IMG/VR virus record: IMGVR_UViG_3300034119_000891
Strand: one strand, 5' to 3'
DNA: 64,000 nucleotides
DNA from: an uncultured virus (IMG/VR IMGVR_UViG_3300034119_000891)
Taxonomy: Duplodnaviria > Heunggongvirae > Uroviricota > Caudoviricetes
Shown: positions 52,901 through 62,700 of the stretch, in pieces
Layout of the letters: the number at the start of each line of letters is the position of its first letter
Position numbering within the stretch: the stretch's first letter is position 1
The notes under the pieces: generated by a model
Told to the model about the DNA's origin: nothing
Database searches by the model: none
Seen by the model: only the letters and a program-made list of their open reading frames with translations
Program-made: the position numbers and the translations under genes

Positions 52901-53957
52901 TATAGCTGTATCAAGAAAAACTAATATATTGAGACTATATGTAAATGGTTTATCTACCAATAGCGTTTCTTATTCTGGTGTATTTGGTAAAAATGATTTT
53001 ATTTATGTAGGTGGTCAAAAATATTTAGGTAATCCTACGATATTTAATATGCCAGCAAGTTTATCAAATCTTCGTATGGTGAAAGATGTCGGTCTGTATT
53101 CTTTATCCACTTATACAGTACCTACTAATAGTCTAGGTCCAGTTAGCGGAACTATCACTGTTTTATATCAATATCCTTACAATAATAGATATATAAACAA
53201 ACTATTACCTACTTCAGTAAATTGTGTTTTTCTATCTGGTTATAATACACATGAATTTTATATAAAAGATTCAGCTATTAGCAATACACCATTTAGCTAC
53301 TATAACATACCAGGTATTACTTTTGATGGAATAAATTTCAAAAATTTCCATGTAGATAACACTGATGTGGGTAGTATAAATATGATTTCAGCAGTAAAAA
53401 TAAATGAAGGTTCTTACATATTTAATAACTGTTCATTTAATAATATACCAATATCAAAACCTTTAAATGGGTTTTATCAACCTTATAATATAAAATCTAC
53501 AGGATTTTCTTTTATGAGTTACAATAAATTAAGTGGTTATCATATAACTTATCTACCTGCTGGTACTAGATCTATAGATACAACAATTCATAAAGAAGCA
53601 TATGCGTCAGAAAGATTAACCCCATCAAGTAGTACAAAAAAATTAAGAAGTGGTAGTAAATTCGTAGCATTAAATGCTGGAGATTCTTCTTTTATAAATG
53701 TTTATGTGAGAAAATCTACTTTGTCTTCGAATGGTGTAGCTTATAATGGAAGTTCTCCACGTTTAATATTAAAACGAAATGGTGCAATGGGTGTAAATAA
53801 TGATATTATCTTAGGACAAGCAACTGGAACATCAGAAGATTTTGCTTTATTAGCTGGATTAACACCAACAGTTATAGATACTGGTGTATTAGAATTTTAC
53901 GTTGATTGTGATGGAACTCAAGGTTGGATAAATGTAGATTCATGGTCAGCAAATTAA
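46974..53957 (+). CDS. 2327-aa fibre-like protein with ~4 LamG-like domains, possible PA14 domain and beta-helix
   Basis: Repeated DFTIE..W..WTHV..LYVNG..ISN modules; HDGMRMNIDG; C-terminus homologous to the upstream gene. Confidence 0.75.
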   Translation: MNFVAVNDGILDSNGVFVGTIPDADYYIGSTAHTLGTDSGGIFTCFRSNGEYIKGMMLEHYPVVLSNLTATDYLSVTIGYAGNINAYTESYPLTAFTSSNATNSYIPNTTHWQYLKFNKQNYADNGSGVPTASGNQFTFVTLKTTRTNTLTIVRGDARPKPKALRISTSVPVNDYNDYYCNLINGSRLLNYDGYWMDTIGTSTWGASRGSFNGDCFYKDGSTIDGLRFNNLTLNNNTNNTIISGTNDYTVEFWIYPQNTDPFTGENPVFVAGNSTRWIYIYYNLTDWIVSINGASFTVTTIDYDQWRHISFSRKNGIFRFFKNGTCVYTNSANFGFSIDSNSDARIGYNTYSNGLMVSYYGGINQDTYRSKQLITSIQYSQAALDPLAPKPGSLSIRGTIIPIAMGKYRFVSAHHDGMRMNIDGTSLIDNYNTKGVNRQYAWLEYTNSSLAFYETGSKHSITITYYRSSSQTTSTLTLGVSNTKSDTVASTGELGNTQINAYNANDFNFLNTKFVALNPDSQFYLNGFAIYNHGKTVFDITKRLYEIALNDTGCTFYLDVPQNFNKSIIKYDYNTNIKNLSTFSEITLTKNSPLATQDAGTPYNIVTTSVDGSLRFTGGSIINTNNSLVGFGYEDFTIECWVADFGSVGDTLIFGDNPGVSAYIVGSNKAIHVYLNNTLVIDTNEFGTYYLPTNAWTHVCVVRNNSNISLYINGIIQRTYWGTINSFNLNTSNTLNIGGNINGHISNFKIYKYAKYTANFGVSPVYLNTRNEAVLNYENSNYTLKYLSASNIENTYVTYSISNNSKNIVNYSGTISAVNFHPFNGQTESSLIFRGDINDFIYIDNEDANSWLWLPRNSGTIEAWVYLNSYATSDPENYQHRSIYSIGDNRLNFGVNASGNLQFSWFRNTYNSFNGSTVIPLSTWTHVAFVLNSDISNNAQLYVNGNLDASTNFNNFTFASDNAKSRTYIGKELSGIGIFNGYISNIRVTKSNPVYTSNFTPLTTSLAIDNKTAILYKHPHSNTYISNVIELRNLKAANVNINSLYLGVSSGLYFDPLSSATITINNENGIKIYPFATLSIGSSSTPTNYNNTNSIILPTYNTKIDVYDFGNFLSYGSTKTPYTYLNTDSLSGNSTFTVKDSIYNINNSNWRIGDTLALIQNVTSFSELLNINSFTGSNGFTTNRSIFDHPSINSLPVIPTIANLTRNNKIISKNTNSVVSNNNNFIRADRNSNLQLKDTQISIINIYTGAQSRGFNILNSNAILSSCVVNKNYDTGTYSILNNIWYAPIANFAAYYSSLNNTSISSYTLSGNFIIDGRSAGIEITSTIIPNLNFISNYVVGCAGNGIRLNYTTLSSFNLYDVHIHRCSSGIMTSDDSIRAQSLLTVRNYISADYCSANYSFGQNNRVFSRGISIDCSFTNITAKNLSAISNNGDWGLVVSNFPSSLTANSFYVENLYAANNGNRNIVLASKYISTELQALSVKNIKSINARGGDTNNGLLYIESTNSNINNLYLDNIFVNKGVYHGVMVNKVNNLFISNLTAANCSSRGINIINPISSLFCNTLYISNNGNTFYNIVNNSATLNNLKIFRNTQGLELYANNLFINNCLLSSNPNYALYCIANNITAQNLSSIGNTYGLYLSGNGSHYVNNPYLERNTYSFILNRANNIYVNNPYVLNSSYSFNLINTNNAYLNNVSAISSNYLYYLNNTNNTYLNNSLISSAKYGLSAVETNITTINNVNVLSGSSGIYSLNHKSLSVVNLNTVSSFSGIYINTNKSNNDFTLQNSVVRNNNTYGIILTGISTTPISANIENSIFTYNNIGLLGYYFYGNLKNTNLSYNRSYNIGMLAANNPILWDSVSALNPNITFNTLTAYNNPTLSSGSPFGVGTDGSLRFNGSNQYLALPQSSDYVLNGDFTIEFFINLRTSTGSVYLDQWNGIQGIGSWQIGNNSSRTLQLFYDGSNYINGPVLPLNTWNHIAVSRKTNILRLYVNGLSTNSVSYSGVFGKNDFIYVGGQKYLGNPTIFNMPASLSNLRMVKDVGLYSLSTYTVPTNSLGPVSGTITVLYQYPYNNRYINKLLPTSVNCVFLSGYNTHEFYIKDSAISNTPFSYYNIPGITFDGINFKNFHVDNTDVGSINMISAVKINEGSYIFNNCSFNNIPISKPLNGFYQPYNIKSTGFSFMSYNKLSGYHITYLPAGTRSIDTTIHKEAYASERLTPSSSTKKLRSGSKFVALNAGDSSFINVYVRKSTLSSNGVAYNGSSPRLILKRNGAMGVNNDIILGQATGTSEDFALLAGLTPTVIDTGVLEFYVDCDGTQGWINVDSWSAN

Positions 53958-53964
53958 AAATATT

Positions 53965-54156
53965 ATGGCTAATCGAGATATAAACAATAAAATGGTATAC
54001 TGGTATGAAGGTTCATCCGCTTCCAGTATAAAAACAAAACTGAATGCACCAGTAGGATGGCAGAATTATTGGTATAACGGATCAGTTGTTGGATTTGTTG
54101 CTGGATTTTCTCGTCCACCAGTTCCAAGAACTTTTAGTGTTTTAATTGGATTTTAA
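53965..54156 (+). CDS. Small hypothetical protein
   Basis: Follows the fibre gene; duplicated YWYxG motif. Confidence 0.6.
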   Translation: MANRDINNKMVYWYEGSSASSIKTKLNAPVGWQNYWYNGSVVGFVAGFSRPPVPRTFSVLIGF

Positions 54157-54171
54157 ATAACTTATACAATA

Positions 54172-54209
54172 AAACGGACTAGCGAATTTTTATTTCGCTA
54201 GTCCGTTTT
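54172..54209. terminator. Bidirectional terminator between convergent genes
   Basis: aaaacggactagcgaa...ttcgctagtccgtttt. Confidence 0.85.
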
Positions 54210-54217
54210 CGTTTTAT

Positions 54218-57200
54218 CTATGCTGTTTTAACACATTTGATACCAACTGTTACAGAACCTGCAACATCATTACCCATCAATGTGAATTTCAATAACGAAT
54301 CTTTATCAACTATAGTAGTCCAATTAGGTAATACATTACTACTATTTTTAAGATTTCCGACAGTTTTGATATAATCATCTTGTGTATTATCCCCACCAGA
54401 TATTCTATCGAATACTGGGAAATTATCGTATGATGATGATAAAACTTCAACATACACACTTGCAGCTTTATCAGTTAATACAACCCAATTTAATATTTGT
54501 ATTTTTGCTGGTATTTGTACTATACCACTCATACCATTTGCAATTATATCACCACCACCATCAAACACGAAATTTATTTGTGCTGCTCCACTTACACTAC
54601 TAGTAGAATTAACATAACTATATAACGAATCATATGAATCAGCTTTACTTCTGAATATTGGATCTACACCAATAATAGAAGAATTCGAACTTAAAAATGT
54701 ATATGAACTATAAATTAATCCTGATTGTCCTGTATATACATTGTAAGCATTATCATATAATGATTTGTTAGTTACTAAGAAATCACTCACTGCTGTGGAA
54801 ATACTGCGAGTATATGTATCTACTTGATCATATGAAGTTTTTGCAGTTAATATTGAATTAATATTAAAACCACTTAAGTTTATATAATCTACAGCAATTT
54901 GATATGTTGCTGAATTTTGTGCAAATGTTGTATATTGTGGAGGAACAGAACCATAAACCAATCCTGTTACTGAAACATTACCAACAATAGTCAAAGCTTC
55001 ATTTGGTGTAGCTGTATTAATACCAACTCGATAATTTGGATCTACATAAAGAACTGCTGAACCTTTATTTGTAAATGTTGCTATAGCACCAGTTAGAGTA
55101 GTTTTAGTTACTACCAATGCATCAAAATTACTATCATTTACTATTCTAATTACTGATGTTTGTATAACATTTGTTGTTGATAATGCAACTAAAGATCCTG
55201 TAGTTGATATTGTATTAAATAATGCATTACCAGAAACAGTTAAATTATTTACAGTAAAATCTTGTACTGATGATCCATTAATCCATAAAGCAGAACTCGT
55301 ATTAATAATATTATATGCATTATACCATGATGCTGAATTAGCTGTTATTATTGTTAATGATGTATTCCAATATGCTGAATTAGAAGTTAATGTAGCATAT
55401 AAATTATCGTATTTAGCATATCCAGATGATAAAGAATTCCAATATGCTGAATTAGAATTAACTACATTTGTAGCAGAAATCCAACTAGCTGAATAAGTAG
55501 ATAATATAGTTGTTGAACTAATATCACCCCAAAAAGCTGAGTTTGTGGACATTAATATATAAGTATTTTGCCAATTAGCAGAATAAGAAGTTAAAAACGA
55601 ACTTATATTATCAATAGCCGATAGTGTAGAATTCCATACAGCTGATGATGTTTGTAATCTAGTAACTGAATCATTCCAGTTTCCAGAATTAAATTGTAAA
55701 GTATTAGATATTAACGAATTATCCCATAATGCTGAATTGCTTTGTATATAAGTATATACAAAGTCCCAGTAAGCAGAATTAGTACTAAAAGTATTAGTTA
55801 AATTATTTACATTTATTACATTATCATTCCAGCTTGCAGAAGAAGCTGTTAATATACTGTAAGAATTCATCCATGCTGAAGAATTTGATATTACTAAATT
55901 AGTAATACTAACATTATCAACATCATACCATGCAGCAGAATAAGTTGTTAATATATTATGACCACTATCATATAATACTTTATTGTCATAAACACTATTC
56001 CAATTAGCTGAATTTGCATTTATAATTAAATATGCTACATTAGTATTATCCCAATATGCAGAATATGTACATACTGTGTTAAATGTGCTATCCCAATAGC
56101 CAGAAAATGTTCCGAAATTAGCACTTAATACACTTAATGAAACATTAGCAGCTTCCCAATCACCAGATTTTGATGTAATGGTTGTATATACAGATTCCCA
56201 GCTAGCAGAATTACTTGATAGTATATTAGCATAAACTGAACTATCCCAATTACTAGATGTACTTGATACTAATATATATAAATTTTCCCAATTACTAGAA
56301 TTTGTAAATACAGATGTATATGCATTATCATAATTAGTTTTTTGATCATATATTTCTATCCAATTAGCTGAATTAGAAGAAACTATATTTGTTAATGCTG
56401 ATACATCCCAATAAGAAGAATTTGATAATACTGTTGAATATACATCTTGCCAAGCAGCAGAATATGTACATATTACTGTATTTGCTGTATCATAAGCAGA
56501 TTTTTGATCGTATACACTAATCCAATTAGCTGAATTAGAAGATATTATACTATAATATGCTGTAGTGTCCCAGTTTGCTGAGTTTGCACAAACTACATTA
56601 TATATACTATCCCATATACTAGAATTACTACTTATTACTGTATATACACTATCATAATAAGGTTTTTGATCGTATACGCTAATCCAATTAGATGAATTTG
56701 TACTTAATATATTAGTTAGTTGTGTTATATCCCAATTAGCTGAATTATTTTGTACTGTTGTATATACAAAATTCCAATCAGCTGAATAAGAACAAACAAT
56801 TGAATTAGTGCTATCGTATGAATCTTTTTGATTATATACAGATTCCCAATTAGCTGAATTTGAACAAATTATATTATATAATGATGATACATCCCATGTA
56901 TTATAAGTAGAACTTATTATATCATATGCTGTGTTCCAAATTCCAGAATATCCACAAAGTAAAGTAACTGCACTATCATATGCAGATTTTTGTGCATATA
57001 CAGATTCCCAATTAGCTGAATTGGTATTTAGTAAATTTACTGTAGTTCTGTCATCCCAATAAGCTGAATTTGCACTTACTACATTATAAGTGTCATACCA
57101 AGTTCCTGAATATGTTGCAAAATCTGTGCTTATTGCGCTTATTGTAGTTATACCAAACTCCCAATTAGCTGAATTTGAATATACCAATAGATAAGAAGAA

Positions 57201-59752
57201 TCCCAAGTACTAGAAATTACTCCATATGTATTTAATATATCAGTAGTATCCCATGATGCAGAATACGTGGATAATAATGAATATGTATCATTCCAGCTTG
57301 CTGAATTAGCTACATAACTATTATATAATTCCCCTAAATTATTTGCTGCTTCTGTCCATGCAGCAGAGGATGTGCATACTATAGAATATGTATTATTCCA
57401 ATTAGCAGAATTTGTTATAAATTCTGTTGATAATACATTAAAATTCGATGCGACAAGATCCCAGTTTCCAGAATTAGATACTACTGCATTATATGCTAAA
57501 TCGTATTTTGATTTATTATCATAAACGGAATTCCAATTTGCACTGTTAGCGCATAATATATTTGATGCTGATGAAATATCCCAATTAGCAGAATATGCGA
57601 GAACTGTGTTGTATGCATCATCCCAAGTTGAAGAGTTGCTAGCATAATCAGTGCTTAAAATATTTAAGTTTAAAATAGTATATTCCCAATTAGCAGATTT
57701 TGATGATACTATATTATACGAATTTTCCCAAAAACCAGAAGATGATGATATTAAATTAATTAATTCTGTATTATCCCAAAGAGCAGAATATGTAGATACT
57801 GTAGTATACGCATTATCCCAATTAGCAGAATTAGTATTATAATTATTTGTTAAAATATCAATATTATTAGATGCTGTATCCCAATTACTAGAGGTAGAAT
57901 ATACTATATTGTATCCTTCATTCCAATTAGCTGAATTAGCAGCAAATACAGATGATACTGCATTAAAATTAGATGTTACTGCGCTCCAATCAGCTGAATA
58001 TGTGCATACAACTGTATATGAACTGTCGTAATTAGGCTTTTGTTCGTATACAGATTGCCAATTAGCTGAATTAGAAGATATTATAGTTAAGTTTGTTGTA
58101 TCGTTCCAAGAACCAGAATAAATTGTTGTTGTGGTATATGTATTATCCCAATTAGAAGAATTTGATTGATATTCTGTACTTAATGTACGTATTCCAGTTT
58201 TTGCTTCTTCCCATATTCCAGAATTTGAATTTAAATTAGTATAAGCATCTTCCCAATAACCTGATTGTGCTGCTAATAAATTTTTTAAAGATGTTGTATC
58301 CCAATTTGTTGCTGAATATGTATTTACTGTATTATATACACTATCCCAATTACCAGAATTGGAATTATAATTATTTATTAAATTAGTTATATCAGTTAAA
58401 CTTTGTTCCCAATTAGCAGAATTTGAACTTAGTATATTATATGATTCGTTCCATGAACTTGAATTAGTTTGTAATACTGTTGATATAGCACCAAAATTTG
58501 TTGCTACATAATTCCAATCAGCTGAATATGTGCATACAACTGTATATGAATTGTCGTAACTAGATTTTTGTTCATATACAGATTGCCAATCTGCTGAAAA
58601 GGTGCTTACAATATTTAAATATTGTGTGTCATTCCATACTGAAGATAAACCAGATGTTGTTGCATAAGTACTTTCCCAATTAGCTGAAAATGTATTATAA
58701 TCAGTTAATAAATTATTAATATCATTTTTTGCAGTTTCCCAACTTGAAGATGTTACAGATACTACAGTATAAGTATCTACCCAATTACTGGAATTGGATT
58801 GCAATAAACTAATTATTTCTGTTTTATCCCATGACGCAGAATATGTACATACAGTTGTATATGTATTGTCTAATGTAGTTGAATTAGTACTAAAAGTATT
58901 TGTTAAATTTTGTAAATCTATTATTGATTGATCCCATATAGCAGAATTTGCACATATTATATTATAAGAAGTAGTCCAATCTGCTGAAAATGTATTTACT
59001 GTATTTACTATTGGTGTTGTAATAGCTGCTGCACTTAACCAATCAGCAGATGATGCACTAACAATAGATAACATACCATCGTATGCTGGTGCTTGATTAT
59101 ATAAATAATTCCAATTTGAAGAATTAGCTTCTACAACGGTAGAAACTCTATTATATCTTTCTGGGTCTAGATTAATCCATGATGAACTATTATTTTGTAC
59201 TACATTATATGTTTCATTCCATTTACCGCTTGCATTTGCTATAACACTAGTGTCCTCTTCCAAGACATTTAATAAATTCATTATATGACTTGGATATTTT
59301 ATGTTAGAACCATTAATAGTACTAAGATATAATACAGCTGTAGCTTGATTTTGTCCGTCACTTATAGTATAATATATTTCTTCTTCAGCATTAAAACCAT
59401 AAGATTTATAATATAAAGTTTTATTTTCATATCTAATAAAACCATATCTTGCTTCTGATACATTAACAATTTGTAAGTTTGCTCCTATATCTAAATCACC
59501 AACATAGCTACTGACATCTATTTCAATATTTTCATCAGTATTTTTAATTAAATATATATCTTGAGCAGAAGGTGCTTGATTTGTTGTTGTTACAAAATTA
59601 GTTTCTGTTCTAGTTCCACCAGAATCTGTAATTTTATATACATAATAATCGTTACCATAGAAGCCTGGATTGGGTGTATAGACAAATTCGTTTCCGTTCC
59701 AATACACTTTTCCATATAAAGGTTCTTTTATAATAACAACATTAATAGACAT
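54218..59752 (-). CDS. 1844-aa fibre-like protein: N-terminal Ig-like pair, S-x-x-W repeat shaft, C-terminal tip
   Basis: YTPNPGFYGND..Y.ITD and YTISDG Ig-like motifs; dozens of NSANW-type repeats; VGINTATPNEALTIVGN; TAAATA-N5-ATG. Confidence 0.75.
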   Translation of the reverse strand: MSINVVIIKEPLYGKVYWNGNEFVYTPNPGFYGNDYYVYKITDSGGTRTETNFVTTTNQAPSAQDIYLIKNTDENIEIDVSSYVGDLDIGANLQIVNVSEARYGFIRYENKTLYYKSYGFNAEEEIYYTISDGQNQATAVLYLSTINGSNIKYPSHIMNLLNVLEEDTSVIANASGKWNETYNVVQNNSSSWINLDPERYNRVSTVVEANSSNWNYLYNQAPAYDGMLSIVSASSADWLSAAAITTPIVNTVNTFSADWTTSYNIICANSAIWDQSIIDLQNLTNTFSTNSTTLDNTYTTVCTYSASWDKTEIISLLQSNSSNWVDTYTVVSVTSSSWETAKNDINNLLTDYNTFSANWESTYATTSGLSSVWNDTQYLNIVSTFSADWQSVYEQKSSYDNSYTVVCTYSADWNYVATNFGAISTVLQTNSSSWNESYNILSSNSANWEQSLTDITNLINNYNSNSGNWDSVYNTVNTYSATNWDTTSLKNLLAAQSGYWEDAYTNLNSNSGIWEEAKTGIRTLSTEYQSNSSNWDNTYTTTTIYSGSWNDTTNLTIISSNSANWQSVYEQKPNYDSSYTVVCTYSADWSAVTSNFNAVSSVFAANSANWNEGYNIVYSTSSNWDTASNNIDILTNNYNTNSANWDNAYTTVSTYSALWDNTELINLISSSSGFWENSYNIVSSKSANWEYTILNLNILSTDYASNSSTWDDAYNTVLAYSANWDISSASNILCANSANWNSVYDNKSKYDLAYNAVVSNSGNWDLVASNFNVLSTEFITNSANWNNTYSIVCTSSAAWTEAANNLGELYNSYVANSASWNDTYSLLSTYSASWDTTDILNTYGVISSTWDSSYLLVYSNSANWEFGITTISAISTDFATYSGTWYDTYNVVSANSAYWDDRTTVNLLNTNSANWESVYAQKSAYDSAVTLLCGYSGIWNTAYDIISSTYNTWDVSSLYNIICSNSANWESVYNQKDSYDSTNSIVCSYSADWNFVYTTVQNNSANWDITQLTNILSTNSSNWISVYDQKPYYDSVYTVISSNSSIWDSIYNVVCANSANWDTTAYYSIISSNSANWISVYDQKSAYDTANTVICTYSAAWQDVYSTVLSNSSYWDVSALTNIVSSNSANWIEIYDQKTNYDNAYTSVFTNSSNWENLYILVSSTSSNWDSSVYANILSSNSASWESVYTTITSKSGDWEAANVSLSVLSANFGTFSGYWDSTFNTVCTYSAYWDNTNVAYLIINANSANWNSVYDNKVLYDSGHNILTTYSAAWYDVDNVSITNLVISNSSAWMNSYSILTASSASWNDNVINVNNLTNTFSTNSAYWDFVYTYIQSNSALWDNSLISNTLQFNSGNWNDSVTRLQTSSAVWNSTLSAIDNISSFLTSYSANWQNTYILMSTNSAFWGDISSTTILSTYSASWISATNVVNSNSAYWNSLSSGYAKYDNLYATLTSNSAYWNTSLTIITANSASWYNAYNIINTSSALWINGSSVQDFTVNNLTVSGNALFNTISTTGSLVALSTTNVIQTSVIRIVNDSNFDALVVTKTTLTGAIATFTNKGSAVLYVDPNYRVGINTATPNEALTIVGNVSVTGLVYGSVPPQYTTFAQNSATYQIAVDYINLSGFNINSILTAKTSYDQVDTYTRSISTAVSDFLVTNKSLYDNAYNVYTGQSGLIYSSYTFLSSNSSIIGVDPIFRSKADSYDSLYSYVNSTSSVSGAAQINFVFDGGGDIIANGMSGIVQIPAKIQILNWVVLTDKAASVYVEVLSSSYDNFPVFDRISGGDNTQDDYIKTVGNLKNSSNVLPNWTTIVDKDSLLKFTLMGNDVAGSVTVGIKCVKTA

Positions 59753-59760
59753 AATAATAT

Positions 59761-62700
59761 TTATCTTTTTGTGACATTGAGATTAATTAAAATATAATTA
59801 GCATTTGTATTTGTTTTCAAAACAAATTTTAAATACGAATCTCCTTCTAATTCGTGTATCCAATGGTCATCATAAGCTACACCTTTATTTTTTATCGGTT
59901 TTGAAGAATCTAAATGTGGTATATTATTACCTATAATAGATGTTAATCTAGGATAATTGTTATACTTACCATATAATATGTCTACGGACGCAAAGGTTGG
60001 TTGATCTGATTGCATACTCCATGTATTAATTGTTACACCCTCTTTTAAATAGATTATTCCAGAAGTATTTTTACGTACTGTATTATAACCAAACAAATAA
60101 CTTACATTATAAGAAGTTAAATATTCTGACGATGTACTATTAAAATAAGTATACGCATTATCATATAATGCAGAATTTTGCCTATAATATGTATCTACAC
60201 CAAAATTATCTCCACTGAGTACTATGTAACTAGATAATACGTTATTTATATAAGTTTGTGTAGTTAATGAATCTACGACAGTTTGGTAATACCCATTAAG
60301 GGGATCTATATTTGAAGAATTTAATGCATAATAATTATATAAACTATCATATTTATTAAAATCAAAACCATCAATTGTAGCTGAACTAGAACTTAATATT
60401 GAATATGCATTTATATATGAAGTAGATATTTGTGCATATTTCGTGATTTGATCTTGTAAATATGTTGCGATAGATCCTGTTGCAGATAAATTACCAGATA
60501 CAGTTAATGCTGTTGTTGTGTCTAAACTTGGTGTTATATTAATACCAACAACATTATTATTTTGTGCATTAACATATAAAATATCATTCCCAACTGAATC
60601 ATTAAATCTGGATACACCGTTATAATTTCCTACAGTAAATACCGATAAAGCTGCATTTGTAGATGTGTTATATACACTAAGACTAGTTAATGTTACTGCA
60701 AAAGAACCAATTTTATATAATCTCGAAGCACTTAAATTGTTGAAGTTTCCAACACCATAACCTCTTATATCCCTTACAGAAAAATCTATAGTATCCGATC
60801 CTGATAAAGCTATTGCAGTTATCGGATTTAATGCATTTATACTATCTGTGATCCAATTTGCAGAATATGTTGTTATTAAATTAAAAATACTATTCAATGA
60901 AGCACTAGTCGAACTAGTGTATGTATATGTTGTTATGAATGTATCTTTTTCATTAAATATCCAATTACCAGAATTTTGACATAATGATGTAGTAAACGAA
61001 TCCCAAATAGAAGAATTAGATGTTAATAATGAAAGATTTGTTCTATCTTGCCATTTTAAATAATTATCACTAATAATTGATGTTATTGGATTAATATTTG
61101 AATTTAGTGTATTAACATTATTATATATTTCATCTGCTAATTCATGAACATTATCCCATGTTGCTACATAGTTATCAACAAACAATACATCATATACACC
61201 ATCCCAATCATCTGAATATGATGTTAGTATATTATTAAATATACTAATATTCCATATAGTTCCACCATATGCTGTTACAGTTTCATATAAACTATTGAAT
61301 TTATCTGTATTTGGCTTTATGAAAGAAGATAAATATTGACTAAAAATGAAAATATTATCTAATTTTATACTACTTAAATATATATAATTAGAAGCCAAAT
61401 TATAATATTGACTATCTCTTAAGATTACACCAGAGGTAGGACTGAATGTAATATATGTTGTACATAATGATGTAATTAAATTAACATTATTATAATAAAG
61501 ATCTTTTCTTTCATATACAGAGTCCCAATTAGCTGAACCTGATGATAATATATTATATGGAGGATATGTACTAATCCATTTAGCTGAATTGCTACATACT
61601 ATTTGATATATAGAATTGTAATTTTCTGATTTATTTAAATAAAAACCTGAAAAAGCTGTTAATAAACTATAAGGTGTATTCCAATAAGATATTTTATCAT
61701 TATAAACTAATTGATTTGAACTTATACTACCCAATAAATTTACATAATCAACCCATAATGCCGAATTAGAACTTAATATAGATTTATTTACATCTATATT
61801 ATTAATGATATTTAATATATTATAAGTATCATAAATCCAATTGTAAGAATAAGAGGTTATTATATAATTTAAATTATCATAATTAGATTTACTATTATAA
61901 ATATCAATCCAATTTGCTGAATTAGAACTTATAATAGATTGTAAATTAGTTATATAATCAAAAAATCTATAATTAATCCAATTTGGTGAATATGATGTTA
62001 TTACATAATTAAAATCATCATAAATTTGTTTATTATTATAAATATCAATCCAATTTGCTGAATTATTTTTTAAAGCATTCGAAACCCCTGCAATTTTTCC
62101 TAAAAATTCAAAATTAAGATTCCATCCACTAGACAAAGATGTTACTGTATTAACTGCATTGTCATAATTAAATTTATTATTAAATACCTCAATCCAATTT
62201 GCTGAATTAGAACTAAACACAACAAATAAATTATTTGTTGCTATTTCATCAACCATTAACTTATCATACCATTTTGCTGATTGTGATGATATTATAGAAA
62301 AATGACCGTCAAATTTTTGTTTATTATTATAAATATCAACCCATTTTGCTGAGTTAGAACTATTTGTTGTTAACAAATTATTTATTAATGGTGCAGCAGA
62401 AACTGTGGTTTGCCAATAACCAGAATTACTATTTGATACAGAATATATATCATCAAATTTTACTTTATAAGAATATATATCAACCCAATTTGCTGAATTA
62501 CTACTTAATAATGATTCTGTATTGTTTTTTAGATTATTCCAATCATTTATTTTTTGAAAAATTAAATTATTTAAATTATTAAAATTGTTTCTATTTATAT
62601 AATATACAGAAGAAAAATATTGAGATGTATTATATAAATTGATCCAATTAGATGATATTGCTGTTAATAAGTTATATGTTTCAACCCATACACTTGAATT

